A stretch of 63,214 nt of DNA, filler included, from Octopus bimaculoides (Eukaryota), in NCBI RefSeq assembly GCF_001194135.2. It is 4 parts of 4 records of this genome, joined end to end, with 100 filler letters (N's around TTAATTAATTAA, not from the genome) between each part and the next. Parts side by side here need not be neighbours in the genome. Positions count along the whole stretch, not along the records: positions 1 to 19,290 come from NC_068993.1; 3 more parts are not named here. One strand, 5' to 3'. Position numbers and translations under genes: made by a program. The notes beneath the pieces were generated by a model that did no database searches, had not been told where the DNA came from, and worked only from the letters and a program-made list of their open reading frames with translations. Below are positions 1 to 12,800 of this stretch, piece after piece. How positions within the stretch are numbered: position 1 is the first letter of the stretch; each line of letters opens with the position of its first letter.

Positions 1-345
1 AAAAACTTTCAAAATACAAAGACCTGGAAATAGAGATAACTCGAATGTGGAATCTAAAAACAGAAACAATTCCTATCATAGTAGGTGCCTTAGGTATAAT
101 AAAAAAATATTCAGACAAATACATAACAAAAACACCAGGACTTACAAATATATATAACATACAGAAAATTGCACTACTGGGTACTGCACACATTCTACGC
201 AAAACACTTTCAATACAGTAAACATAAGAGCACCACAGCAAACCACAGCACATACCCAAGGCGCACAGAGCTGCGCTCGGTAGTGAAGTGAAAGCACGTT
301 ATAAAAATAAAACTACTGAATAATAATAATAATAATAATAATAAT
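1..345 (+). mobile_element. 3' end of Dong/R4-type non-LTR retrotransposon (C-terminus of the RLE-endonuclease ORF, 3'UTR, (TAA)n tail)
   Basis: Frame 3-221 is stop-free: KLSKYKDLEIEITRMWNLKTETIPIIVGALGIIKK...IQKIALLGTAHILRKTLSIQ*. The KxxKYxDL...IPIIVGALG...ALLGTAHILR pattern is typical of R4/Dong C-termini. About 100 nt of UTR and a (TAA)n run follow. Confidence 0.85.
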
Positions 346-1152
346 GATGATGGATGATAAATAGGTTGGAATTGAAACTAGATTACAAATTTGCTTTACT
401 AGAATTTCACCCCTTGTTCTATAGTATTCATTACTCTCTCTGTCTCTCACATTCTCTCTCTGTCTCTCTGTCTTTCTCTCTCTGTCTCTCTGTCTCTCTG
501 TCTCTCTGTCTTTCTCTCTCTGTTACAGGCTTACATACTTGCACACATGCACGTACACTCTAACATTCCATAAAACAACTGTCTTCTGTGATCTCAGAAC
601 TGAATGTTTTTATTTTTTTTTCCTCTTCAGCTGTAACAGGATGTTCAGTAATTTAGTTTTATATACATTTATCAGTCTCTGAAATTTATATAGACTTTTA
701 TTATCTTTACCTCTTGTATAAACCAGATACATACACAAATGCAAAAAAAAAAAAAAAANNNNNNNNNNNNNNNNNNNNNNNNNNNNNNNNNNNNNNNNNN
801 NNNNNNNNNNNNNNNNNNNNNNNNNNNNNNNNNNNNNNNNNNNNNNNNNNNNNNNNNNNNNNNNNNNNNNNNNNNNNNNNNNNNNNNNNNNNNNNNNNNN
901 NNNNNNNNNNNNNNNNNNNNNNNNNNNNNNNNNNNNNNNNNNNNNNNNNNNNNNNNNNNNNNNNNNNNNNNNNNNNNNNNNNNNNNNNNNNNNNNNNNNN
1001 NNNNNNNNNNNNNNNNNNNNNNNNNNNNNNNNNNNNNNNNNNNNNNNNNNNNNNNNNNNNNNNNNNNNNNNNNNNNNNNNNNNNNNNNNNNNNNNNNNNN
1101 NNNNNNNNNNNNNNNNNNNNNNNNNNNNNNNNNNNNNNNNNNNNNNNNNNNN

Positions 1153-1544
1153 TTTTACTCTTTTACTCTTTTACTTGTTTCAGTCTTTTGACTGTGGCCA
1201 TGCTGGAGCACCGCCTTTTAGTCGAGCAAATCGACCCCAGGACTTATTCTTTAGAAGCCTAGTACTTATTCTATCGATCTCTTTTGCCGAACCGCTAAGT
1301 TACGGGGACATAAACACACCAGCATCGGTTGTCAAGCGATGTTGGGGGGACAAACACACACATACATATATATATATACATATATACGACAGGCTTCTTT
1401 CAGTTTCCGTCTACCAAATCCACTCACAAGGCTTTGGTCGGCCCGAGGCTATAGTAGAAGACACTTGCCCAAGATGCCGCGCAGTGGGACTGAACCCGGG
1501 ACCATGTGGTTGGTTAGCTAGCTACTTACCACACAGCCACTCCT
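1153..1544 (-). mobile_element. tRNA-headed composite SINE (family S1), near full length
   Basis: Minus strand reads head GGAGTGGCTGTGTGGTAAGTAGC (A-box-like), GGGTTCAGTCCC (B-box-like), cttgggcaagtgtctt, an internal (TG/TA)n microsatellite, then tail ...ccagcatggccacagtc..actgaaacaagtaaaaga. Many related copies occur in the window. Confidence 0.85.
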
Positions 1545-2179
1545 TATTTCTCTTATATGATTTTATTGAGACTGAACCGATGAAGATGAGTTTGTTGTGA
1601 ATGGCATAAGCTGGATCTGCTTAATCACTTTGTGTTATCTGTAAAGAAAAAAATCCACTAAAACTGACAATATTTATTTCATAGAAAAGTGAAATAAACG
1701 GTTACACACCGTTAAATGTTTGTATTTACTGGTTGAGACATAATCAGAAGTATTCATCAATGGGTAAAGTGTACTATTGGTCCAAATCTTTATGTAACAG
1801 TAATAGCAGCAGCAGCAGCAGCTCTTGGGTGCTTTAGAAGAGCTCACACTGTTGGAAACATTTGGGCTATCAGTCTTCAGGGTTTCCTCCTACTCTCTCC
1901 ACTTCCCATCCTCTTCCGTTCCTCCTTCACCCTTCCGCTTTGCTTTCTCCTTTCTTTCTCCCCCTCCATTCACCCCTCTTCTTCTATCCTCCTATTCCTT
2001 TGATCCTCCTCTTCATCTCCCCCCTTCCATTTCCCCCTTCCTTCCTGACAAGTCAAAACTGTGACCCTCCTGTGTTAGCAGTGCTATTAATTCACCTCTA
2101 CAGTACTGATTTGTCACAATATTTCATATACATCTATGTAAACAATGGGATTAGTGATAAAAAAAATAGCTAATGGGTG

Positions 2180-2400
2180 TGTGTATATGCATATTTCAAG
2201 AGTTATTGCTCCTTCATCAGAACCACATCCCAATATGACTGAATTTTTATCATTCTATATCAACTTTAAGTATTTTCATTCAATTTCTTGTAATTAAAAA
2301 AGCAGTAATGACACAAAAGAATGAAGGAATTGTTTTTAAATCAAGAATTATTTAATTAATCATATTCCTTAACTTTATTTTAGAACTTTACATGATGAGG
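2180..2400. repeat. AT-rich dispersed repeat, second copy at about 15400-15625
   Basis: Shared blocks atgactgaattt, gtaatgacacaaaagaatgaa and ttttaaatcaagaa...ttttagaa.tttacatgat occur in the same order in both copies. Class not assigned. Confidence 0.6.
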
Positions 2401-2421
2401 GTCAATAAAAAGATAGGCTAA

Positions 2422-2622
2422 AGGTCCTTCCTGAGTCATACAGACTCATAGGACCAGTTTCCTTGGTTCTCTGGCATATATATCCCCCACTGGATGGGAT
2501 ACTAATCCATCACAGGATTACTCATTTTTACCAGCTGAATGGAATGGAGAAATGAAGTGTTTTGAAACCAAAATCTTATGATCATGAGTTCAATACCCTA
2601 ACGATTGAGCCATGCACCTCTA
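2422..2622 (-). mobile_element. tRNA-headed SINE (family S5), decayed; similar minus copies at about 7412-7642, 12138-12325, 15105-15292, 60300-60483
   Basis: Reverse complement of the family seen at 14659-14873 (tagtggttag.gtgttg..ctcatgatc, cttcatttcac.ttgct.cagtccactcagctgg, gagtaatcctg.gatggact.g..tccc.tcc). Confidence 0.75.
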
Positions 2623-2724
2623 CTGAGGGTCAATAAATTATCAATGATTATATGAAAGGGTTGATGATATGAGAAGCTTTGTTGCGCCCTCATCTTAGAT
2701 GTCTGAATGTACAGATTCTCTTTT

Positions 2725-2945
2725 CTCATTTTATTACTTGTTTCAGTCTTTTGACTGTGGCCATGCTGGAGCACTGCTTTAGAGGGTTTTAGTCGAAGAA
2801 GTCTTCCCTAGGACTTATTCGTTGTAAGCCTTATTCTATCGGTTCTTTTTGCCAAACCACTAGGTTACAGGGACTTAAACACACCAACATTGGTTGTCAA
2901 ACGATGGTGGGGTGGAGGTGGGGACAAACACAGACATACACACAC
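2725..2945 (-). mobile_element. S1 SINE tail module, CpG-decayed
   Basis: acttgtttcagtcttttgactgtggccatgctggagcac...ggacttattc...gggacaaacacagac matches the copy at 1153-1350. Confidence 0.75.
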
Positions 2946-3253
2946 ATAAATATATACATACATATATGCATATATATACTAAAAATGGGGAAGGTCAGTT
3001 TATAGGATTACCTTAGGTTTCCCGTCCATAAAGGGTTTAGCTTTATGGCATATTATGAAATCCTGAAAACCTGTTGCTGATGATATGCCATATAGCTAAA
3101 CCCTTTATGGACAGGAGACCTAAAGTAATCCCATAAACCGACCTTCTCTATTTTTAATATATATTGGTCTACATCTTAGAGTGTGCTTCTTATTTCGGAT
3201 TTGTTTTCTACAAACAATATATATATATACATACATACATACANNNNNNNNNN

Positions 3254-3289
<36 letters not shown>

Positions 3290-3313
3290 TACATACATAC
3301 ATGCATATATGGT

Positions 3314-3630
3314 GGGGGCGCAATGGCCCAGTGGTTAGGGCAGCAGACTCGCGGTCTTAGGATCATGGTTTCAATTCCCACACCGGGCGTTGTGAGTGTT
3401 TATTGAGCGAAAAACACCTAAAGCTCCATGAGACTCCGGCAGGGGGTCATATTGAACCCTACTGTACTCTTTCACCACAACTTCCTCTCACTCTTTCTTC
3501 CTGTTTCTAAATGTTGGCCTGCTCGCTTAGCAAGTGGGGTGGCGTCATTCGAAGGCTAAAACAATGCAAAGCGCATTGTGACCAGCGGTGTGTAGCAACA
3601 TCTGATTGCCTGGTCAGTCACGTGATCACG
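3314..3630 (+). mobile_element. tRNA-headed SINE (family S3), young-looking
   Basis: Head ggggcgcaatggcccagtggttagggcagcagactcgcgg...ggtttcaattcc with A/B-box-like motifs, a distinct body, and an end at gtcacgtgatcacg followed by (TA)n. Confidence 0.7.
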
Positions 3631-5179
3631 TTATATATATATGATGGGCTTCTTTAAGTTTCTGTCTACTAAATCCACTCACATGGCTTTGGTTGGCCTG
3701 AGGCTATAGTAGAAGTCACATGTCCAAGGTGTCACACAGTGGGACCGAACCCAGAACCATGTGGTTAGGAAATAAGCTTCTTGTACTGAATTGTGGGCCT
3801 CATTGAACAAAATTGTTAGCTTTGATATCAGAAAAATTTATATTTTAGATGCTAATGTGAGGTATTAACAGGATGATAAACATTTATCGCTCTATAAGCA
3901 TCCTCTTTCATTACTCATTTACACTAATAGTTTTCGTAGAATTTTTCCATCATCAAGTTCCATAAATATACACACTTTCATTTACTTTGATGTTAAATTG
4001 TGTAGTGAAATCCTAGTTCATTGAAATGTATAGACGGCACTCTAAGATGGGGGTGGGGGCAAATATGGTAGAAAGATGATTAATCTTCTACTACAATTTC
4101 AAAAGTTTGGAAGTTTGGTTGCATAGATGTATTAGCTAAGTACAGTGAGGAATAGAGAGGAATAGCTATGGCCATCAAAGTTGTGGAAGAGTGAAAAACT
4201 GGTGGTAGTGGTGGTGGTGGTGGTGNNNNNNNNNNNNNNNNNNNNNNNNNNNNNNNNNNNNNNNNNNNNNNNNNNNNNNNNNNNNNNNNNNNNNNNNNNN
4301 NNNNNNNNNNGTGGTGTGGTGTTGGTGGTGGTGGTGGTGGTGGTGGTGGTGTTGTAGATAGTAGTGACGTTAGTGTTGGGGATAGTGGCATTGGTAACAA
4401 TGTGAATGACGATAATGTTAATGGCAGCAGCAGCGGTGGTGGTGGTATGGATGGTAGTGATGATGATGATGATAATGCTGCTGTTAATGATAGTGGTGGT
4501 GATGATGACGATTATTCAAACTTAAAAAATAAATTTTTATTAACTTATTTTTCAAAGTATATAAATAGTAGCATCTGCAAGGAAATCAGTGATGTTAAGA
4601 TTTTCATCCGTTTAATGAAATCACACTGCTTGCTAGTTTGGTGAGGTCATAAATAAAATAACAATGATACACTGAAAAATGGTGTGCGGGGTGGTGAAAA
4701 ATTCAAATAGAATTTTTTTAAAAAGTGTCTATAGAGTCATTAAATGGATGAAGATTAACACACACTCACAGAAGAGTCCATTTAGTTTGCAGATACACAA
4801 CTAGTTGTTTTTCCTAGCTATTGAAGCCTGCTTGTTTGAAATAAAAATTGATACCTTCAAGGTGTACAATTCTAGTGACTCCACTGCTACGACTATAAGC
4901 TGTGTTGCCTGTCTGCCCTCTGCTATTTATTAATTGTTGGCTGTTTAGTTAAATTTTATATCATCAAAACTGAAATATTAAGTTATTGCCCTTGGGTGAT
5001 GAGGCTTATAATTTTTTTTTAAATATTAGTTATCTCCCTTCATCTATATTTCTAGATTTCAACTTCAGTTACCAGACTTGGTAACTAAAATTTATTGTAA
5101 TATAACTTAGATGAAATAAAATTAGACTTTGGATTGATTTATAAAACAAATGATTATTGATTTTATATAATGTATATAT

Positions 5180-6125
5180 CATGGGTAGAAGCTGAAAGCA
5201 AGAAGTTTGTCAATGTTGTGTGACAAGGTAATCAGTGGAGTGAGGTACTCCAGGTTGCAAAGTAATGTGTTAGTGTAAAACAGAGATGTCTTTTCAGTAG
5301 AGATTACAAGGAATGATAGTGCACTTGCACTCACTAGCATTGAGAAGAAAGAGGCATAGAAAATATTACTAAAAGTGTTTCTGAATGAGGCGTATTTATG
5401 GGAGAGAGAGGCTCTGGCTCAAGTTGACCCAGCTAAGGGATGAGCTATTTAAATTGACAGCTATAACATTAGAAGTGCAGTTAAGGAAGTTGCTGGAATT
5501 TCAGGAATGACCTCTGAAACGATAAAAATATATCTGGTGAGAAGGACACATATTATTCATTCTCATAGTCACTCACGTAGTAAGGGAGGATTCACAACTA
5601 ATCACTGATGTAGGAGTAACATCATTAACATCGTCGATTACTACAAGAACAAAAGAAATGTTCTAGAAAGCCGCAACTATAGAGGCATCAAACAACATCA
5701 GAAAGAGATATAACACAACTGATAAGAAAGAAAACTAGCTTAGAGGAAATGCATTCCAAGTATGCCTCAGGATAGAGTGCCACTCATGCCCTATTGCTAG
5801 CGAAACAACAGCAAGAGAAGTTCTTAATTAAATGTGATCCACTATGCACATTGTGTGACCCGAAGGACTTTCATGGGGGTCCATCATTCAGTTATCTGGT
5901 GGTTACTAAGAAAACTAAGTGTAGGTGAATGGCTTGTGAGAGATGTGTAAGCCATATAAACAGATAAATAACATCAACAAGGCGAGAGTTAGCGTGAGTT
6001 CAGCAAGGGATTTAGAGTACAGCCTATTCTCCTGGCCATAACACTGTCTGTCCATGGAAACTTCTGTATGCTGGTGACATAATCCTCATGAATTAATACC
6101 TCATCTGGCAACACAGGGCTTTGCT
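5180..6125 (+). mobile_element. Decayed RTE-clade LINE, reverse transcriptase region
   Basis: Frameshifted translation gives EAESKKFVNV, RNYRGIK, VIWWLLRKLSVGEW(L)VR and CPWKLLYAGDIILM, the last corresponding to the RTE motif PWELLYADDL. Multiple stops. Confidence 0.8.
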
Positions 6126-6501
6126 GTACTATGTGAATGCCTTGTTCCTACAAACAAGCCTATATTGTATATGTTTGTGTAAAAGTCAACTTTTGGACCA
6201 TTTAGTTAAAGGTTAAGTTTATAGAGTTAACTTTTGAATAGACACTAGTTTTTGAGAGGCTATGATCCAAATTATTTTATCAGTTGTAGAAGCCCAAATG
6301 ATTTTTAGATGGAAAGAAAAGTGTTATGAGTTATAGTAATGATACTGATTTTAGACATGAAACATGTCCTGCAAAATAGAAGGTGTTCGGTCTACATTTG
6401 TTATATACATTGATGTATAAAAGGAAAAGAAAACACAATGCTTCTTTGTTTTTGCATCTGGTTTGCAAGATTCTTTATGTGAATTTGTGTGTTGAAACAA
6501 A

Positions 6502-6746
6502 TTTTGTTGTGTCTAGGGAGAGTCATTATGCTAATATAATTAACACATGCTGGTTCAATTCCACTCATTTATTGAATATTTGATAGTTTTGTTTTTGTTT
6601 GTCAAAGCTCTTTGCAACCTTTACAACGAAAGAATTTTGACAAACAAAAACAAAAAAGTCAGATATTTGATAAATGAGTGGAATTGAGCCAGCATGTGTG
6701 TTAATTATATTTGCATAATAATAACTCTCCCTGGGCACTACAAAAC
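6502..6746. repeat. Long imperfect inverted repeat (arms about 105-110 bp, spacer about 30 nt)
   Basis: 6502-6606 (...agggagagtcattatgctaatataattaacacatgctggttcaattccactcattt...gtttgtcaaa) is the approximate reverse complement of 6636-6746. Confidence 0.85.
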
Positions 6747-6789
6747 ACAAAACCCATCCAAAAATAAAAGTATTTTCAAAACTCAAAAA

Positions 6790-7320
6790 ATATCAACTCA
6801 TTTATGGTTGGGAGATAACAATTTTCTCAAAGTAGCCATTCTCAGCTTCCACCAGGATGTCCTCAAGAAGGCTCCGGAACTTGGCACATGCCTTTCTTAC
6901 TGTGTCTCTGGGAAGATCTTTGAACACCGCTTTGATCTTGGCCTCCAGCCTTGGTGTTCCAGTGGCTGGTGTCTTTCTCAACCACACCCCACACATAGTA
7001 ATCCATGGAATTACAGTTGGGGAGTGGAGGAATTAGAAGGCCAGAAAAATGGGGCTGGTGAAGTCATAAAACTTCTCTGATAGCCACTTCTAACTCTTTC
7101 CAGGGTATGACAAGGAGTTGAATCCTGCTGCCACTCATATTGCCTTCCAGCAGTAACCCTTTCCAGCCAGGGATTGACCACAGTCTCCAGCAGCTTCATA
7201 TAGCTGTCCAAATTAAGCCTAAGGCCCTGTTCAAAGATATATGGTGGCGTGATGTCACCTCCACTGAAGGTACTACCAAAGTCCATCACAGTTTTTGAGG
7301 AACTTGGTTTTCATGATGTC
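6790..7320 (-). mobile_element. Tc1/mariner-superfamily transposase relic, catalytic C-terminal half (probably maT/DD37D-like)
   Basis: ITPPYIFEQGLRLNLDSYMKLLETVVNPWLERVTAGRQYEWQQDSTPCHT, then (frameshifted) FWP.NSP..CNSMDYYVCGV, AKIKAVFKDLPRDTVRKACAKFRSLLEDILVEAENGYFE. Confidence 0.8.
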
Positions 7321-8344
7321 TGTCACATCTTTCAGCCTTTTTAGTGTCCACAGAGCATTAAGCAGTAATCATGATGTTGGCATTTTGATACCTGATGCAA
7401 ATCACTGTGATACAGGTACCTCTTTTCCAATAGTCATAAGGGACTCATAAGGACCAGTTTCCATATTGTGTAAATTCCCCACCTGGATGGGATGCCAGTC
7501 CTTCACAGGATTACTCCTTTTGCCAGCTGAGTGGACTGAAGCAATGTGAAATGAACACAACACGTCACCCAGTCCAGGAATCAAAACCACAATCTTATGA
7601 TTATGAGTCCAACACCCTAACCACTAAGCCATGTGTTTCCACAATAGTTTCCAGTCCTCCATGTCAGCTAACTTTTTCATGACTACAACTGTAATCTTTA
7701 TGCTCTCCAACACCGTTGACTATTTACCAGTACATTGAGCTGTTCCTGAAAACAGGAGACATAAAAAAAAAAAAAAATCAAATTTAGCCCAAGCACTCTG
7801 TATAGACTCTGTCTTTAATTTGTCTTTGTAATCAAGAAGTTTATCTTCCAGAGTAGCTCCCGCAACTCTTAGGTTTCTAGGTACAACATTCCCTCTAAGC
7901 TGCATACATACGCAGCAGCACAGTCGCTGCGTTAGTGCTGCACACATCAAAATGTTGCTGCAATGCTAATTTACAGATATGTGCTTGATAAGTTGCATTA
8001 AAGCTTGAATGTTAAGGACTGGCTTTGAATTTTAAATACTTTTGCTCAAAGCATCAAAGGCTTCTCTTAATGGTTGGGGAAAATTGGAGGGAGTGTTGCC
8101 TGTGTTTAATCTATGCATGTCAAGGTACTCTGGAATTCCATTCTGTTGATTTGTTCTAATATCAGAAACTTCATTTGTCTTCTGACACAGGTGTGGCCAT
8201 GTAGCTGAGAAATTTGCTTCCCAACCACATGGTTTTGTGTTCAGTTCCAAAAGCATGCAGTTGGGCAAATGTCTTCTACTATAGCCCTGGGCTGAGCAAA
8301 GCCTTGTAAGTGAATTTGATAGATGGAAACTGAAAGAAGCCTGT

Positions 8345-8377
<33 letters not shown>

Positions 8378-9504
8378 ATGTGTATGTGTGTGTATTAGTG
8401 TCTCCTTGTCTCGACATTACAGCCAGAGAGAAATATTACCTTATTTGGAAACACATGAGGGCTGGCAAAAGGAAAGACATGTGGCCATAAGAAATATGAC
8501 TCACTGAATTCCATCTGGCCTATGTGAGCATGGAAAAGTAGACAATAAAAGGGGACGGAAGAGAGGAGGAGATGGTGGTGGAGGCGGAGGTTTTTTTTTG
8601 TTGTTGTTTTTTTTGAGTGATATCTAAAAATTCACGAAATTTGTAATTATTATTCATAGGATGTAAAAACTGCTGCCAGTTGATTTAGAATCTTCAAGTA
8701 ACACGTTATCAAACCAGTGCCTGTATATGTTTCGGTGAAGATGTTGAAGAGACTAGTTTCTGAGTTTAAAATGCTTTATTGTATCTGTTTTTTAAAATTT
8801 TATCTCATTTTTTTTTTAATTGATTTATTTTTGATTTATTGATCTAGTTGTAAGATAATGAAATTTTCTGTTCTAGAATTTTTATTTTTTTATAAATTGA
8901 AGGTTTAGATGACAGAATATATTTAAACTAGCATTATATATATATTCTTTTTTTTAGTAATTTATAAACCTCAATCTACTTAATTTCAGTTTCAATTAGT
9001 CCCTTAATTGAATAATCATAATACATCAGTTATATAATGACATTTTAATGTCTTTGAAAATGTTGGAATGACTCCAGATGCCTGAGCTTTATATAAATGG
9101 AAACCTTTTTTAATGCCAAATTCAAATCACAATTTTTTTTATTTTTATGTAGTTGGATTGTCTTGGCTCTGAGCCTGTCCACTTCCTTTTGCCATATTGG
9201 CTAACCATTCTTTATATACCACACACTCTTAATGAAAATGTCAATCCTAATACTTTGATATGCTTCAAAACTAAACACTGTTTTCAAAATTTTTCATTTC
9301 CTTCTTTTACCTGGCATCTAAATCTAACAATATTTTCGATGCCTTCATGGCTGTGTGGTTAAGAAGTTTGCTTTTCAACAACATGGTTTCAAGTTCAATC
9401 GTACTGCACAGCACTTTGGGCAAGTGTCTTTTAACGTTGTTTCACATTGACCGATACCTTGTGAGTGGTAGTTGATGGATGGAAACTTTACAGAAAAGCA
9501 TCTT

Positions 9505-9796
9505 GAATGTGTGTTTGTGTATCTGTCTGTCTGTCTGTCCGGTTGTCTTTCCATCCATCCATCTGTCTGTCTGTCCATTTGTGTGTCTGTCCATCCATCT
9601 GTCTATCCATCCATCCATCCATCCATACATACATACATACATACATACATCTATATGTCTATCTGTCTCTCTGTCCATCTGTTTGTCTGTCACTCTCTGT
9701 CCATCCATCCATCCATCTTTCTGTCCATCTGTCTGTTCATCCATCCTCTGTTTGTCCATTTATTCATCCAGCTATCCCTCCAACTGTCTATCCATC

Positions 9797-9835
<39 letters not shown>
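9505..9835. repeat. Compound microsatellite (TCTG)n/(CCAT)n/(ACAT)n/(TG)n
   Basis: Seen directly; the source of several spurious ORFs. Confidence 0.9.
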
Positions 9836-9840
<5 letters not shown>

Positions 9841-12800
9841 ATATGTAGCATTTATATCATTGTTGGGGGGGGGGTGAACAAATGAACAACAATACTTTGT
9901 GATATACATGTCCACTTCGCATTTTATACTTTATTCAATCAACAAAATATGTAGCAAACTACCGAGCCAAGTGATGTAATTAGTGCTACAGTTCTATGAT
10001 TGTTACCAATAAAACAATGACAGAATATATATATATGAATTATCTAGGTTTAAAGAGAGAACAAAAGTATTTTATTCAGCATTTTTTTTTTTCCTGTTGC
10101 TGGGTCTTAACATCATTGAGTTTTGGTAGCATTGATATTTGTTTAGAAGAACCATTTTATACTTATTTAACCATTTCATGATTATATTTCTAATTAGCAG
10201 TCTACCTATGTATGTTAATTAATTTTCAGTATAATCTAGATGTTGGTAGTTGATTAGTAAAACATCTGTAACTTTAGATATTGGTATGTAGTATTGATGT
10301 TGACCAACTGAAATCACATTATCATTCCTGTTGTAATGAGCTTTTAATTTAGCTATAAAGTCTTTAGTATGTACGAGTTGTTTCTTGCATGTTGGTATTA
10401 CAAAGAGTTAAAAAGATTTCCTGTTCGTACATTTGCTAAGATCTAGTTACAGTTGTTGTAAACTATAATATTGATTATTCAGACTGCGTATTCATCATCA
10501 TCATTGTTACCGTTGTTGTCGTCATCATCGTCATCATCATCATCATGATTATAATCAATTTCGTATTCATCACCACCACCATCACCATCATCATCATCAT
10601 CATAATTTAACGTCTCTTTTTCCATGCTGGCATGAGTTGGATGATTTGACTGGAAACGATGAGTCAAAGAGCTATGTTCAGTTCCTGTTTCTGTTTTGGC
10701 ATGATTTCTACAACTGGATATCCTTCCTAGCAGCAATTGCTTTATAGAATGCACTGGGTGCGTTTTTTACTCTGTAATAAACAATTTACAAATTTCTACT
10801 TCCCTAAAACTGTTTCATGTTTATAGAATTCATTTCTTACTAACATATTCTTGCACCAGCCTGCAGAACTTTCTGTTGAATGCCAGTCATAGCAATCAGA
10901 ATATATTATTCTTACCTTAAATGTACAGTGAAGTTTGTATGAATTATGGACACCATTCCTTTACTTCATGTGAACGCGTAAAAGAAGGAAAAGAGATTAC
11001 ATTACATGAGTTTGAATTTTAAAAAAAACCATTTTTGTTTCCAACATAAGTAATTTAAGACCCAATAATAGAGCCCAGCAATTGCAGGCCAATGTGTGTC
11101 AAGCAAGAATTGGCACATGAATAAAATTTAGATCTTCAGAAAAGGACAAGAAATAGGTCACTTGTGATATAATACTTTAATTCATGTTGATTTAGGAAAT
11201 GTTTTTGATTCTTATTAAAATGAACTTTGAAACAAAGAATATTTCTAAGCATTGCTTAGGCCACTGCAGTCAATCCTTTTAGTCTTTTGGTAGACAGATC
11301 TCTAACAACTTTAGCAGTACAGTAATCCCTCAACTACCGCAGGTGTTACGTTCCAAACCACCCTTGTGATAAGTGAAAATCTGTGAAATAGAAACAGTGC
11401 TGTATATCTTTTTTTTTATTATTTTTATAATTTGTATATATTTATTTTATTATAAATACAAAACAACACCACACACTCGCACAATGTCCTTCCTACAGTT
11501 TCTGTCTACCAAATTCCATCACAAGCCATTGATTTGCCTGGGGTTATATTAGTAAACACTTACCTAAAGTGTCACATAGTGTGATTGAACCCAAAGCCAT
11601 GTAGCAATTGCAAAATGAGTTTCTTAACCACACAACCATGCTTGCACTTAGATAATATTTATAAATATATATTCACAATTAATGGTTCAACATTGCAAAG
11701 TGTTATCAGACAGAACATGGAAATACTAATTCCACAGACAGCATAGACGATAATTGTTTCTTCAATAGGTTAAGTAAATGTTATGATCTCCATATATTTG
11801 TCAAAGTTGTTAGCAACATGAATGAAATAGCTTCAACCTCAAACAGAATGTAGATCATAAAACTTAATTTACAAAGAGATTACTTCTGCTCAAGAGTGAT
11901 TACCATGAAGACAATAATGAAAATAATAACGAGGATTTCATTGTGGGGGAGCTTATTTGTTAATAGATATGCTGGTGGTAGTGATAATCATTTCAGTGGC
12001 AGTGTTTTATACATGAGTTTCAGGGCCAGATTAAATAAAACCCACTGAGGCCCTAAGCACTTGAAAGATTTTGGTGCCTCCATGCATATGTAATTTGAAA
12101 TATAAACAATAATAAACCGTAGTGTGAAAAAGTGAAGTTCCTTCCCGAGTCATATAGACCCATAGGGCTGGTTTCCTGGTTTCTGTGGTGTATATATTCC
12201 CCATCTGGACAGGATACTAGTCTGTCACAGGATTACTTGGTTTTGCTAGCTGAGTGGTCAGGTGTAACATGAAATGCAGTGTTTTGCTCAAGAACACTAT
12301 GTGTCACATGGTCCAGGAATCAAGACACACACACACAAGCACAAATTTTGCTTCTGTACATTTTCCATCTATCAAATTCCATTATACCCGAGTCTATGGT
12401 AGAAAGCACTTTCCAAGGGCTGCATAGTACAACATAAACCCAGAGCCTCACGGTTGCAAAATCAAATTTCCTAACCACACATCTAGACCTGTTCCTGTCT
12501 TAACTATTTATTCCTCTTCTTTAAAAAATTGGCAAAAAAAAAGTTTTTAAACCAGACATTTTCAATGCTTGGAAACACATAGATTTAATCAAATTAAATA
12601 CACCCATATATCCACATACATGCACACACGAAAAAGAAATAAAAGAGAAAATTTCATAAATTTTGTTTTTAAATGTCAGTCAAACAAAAAAAAAAAAATA
12701 ATAAATGTGGAAGAAATAGAATAGATGTATTTAACTACTTAATACCATACACATACAAGTATATGATAGAAAGAGAATGCTGTTTTTTTTGTTTTTTTTT

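Noticed and set aside
1880-2045. Pro/Ser/Phe-rich ORFs at 1825-2173
   Set aside because: A cryptic CT-rich polypyrimidine tract.
3314-3390. tRNA gene call for SINE heads (also 14659, 17373, 41490)
   Set aside because: A/B-box-like motifs run into SINE bodies with no cloverleaf closure, and they are multicopy.
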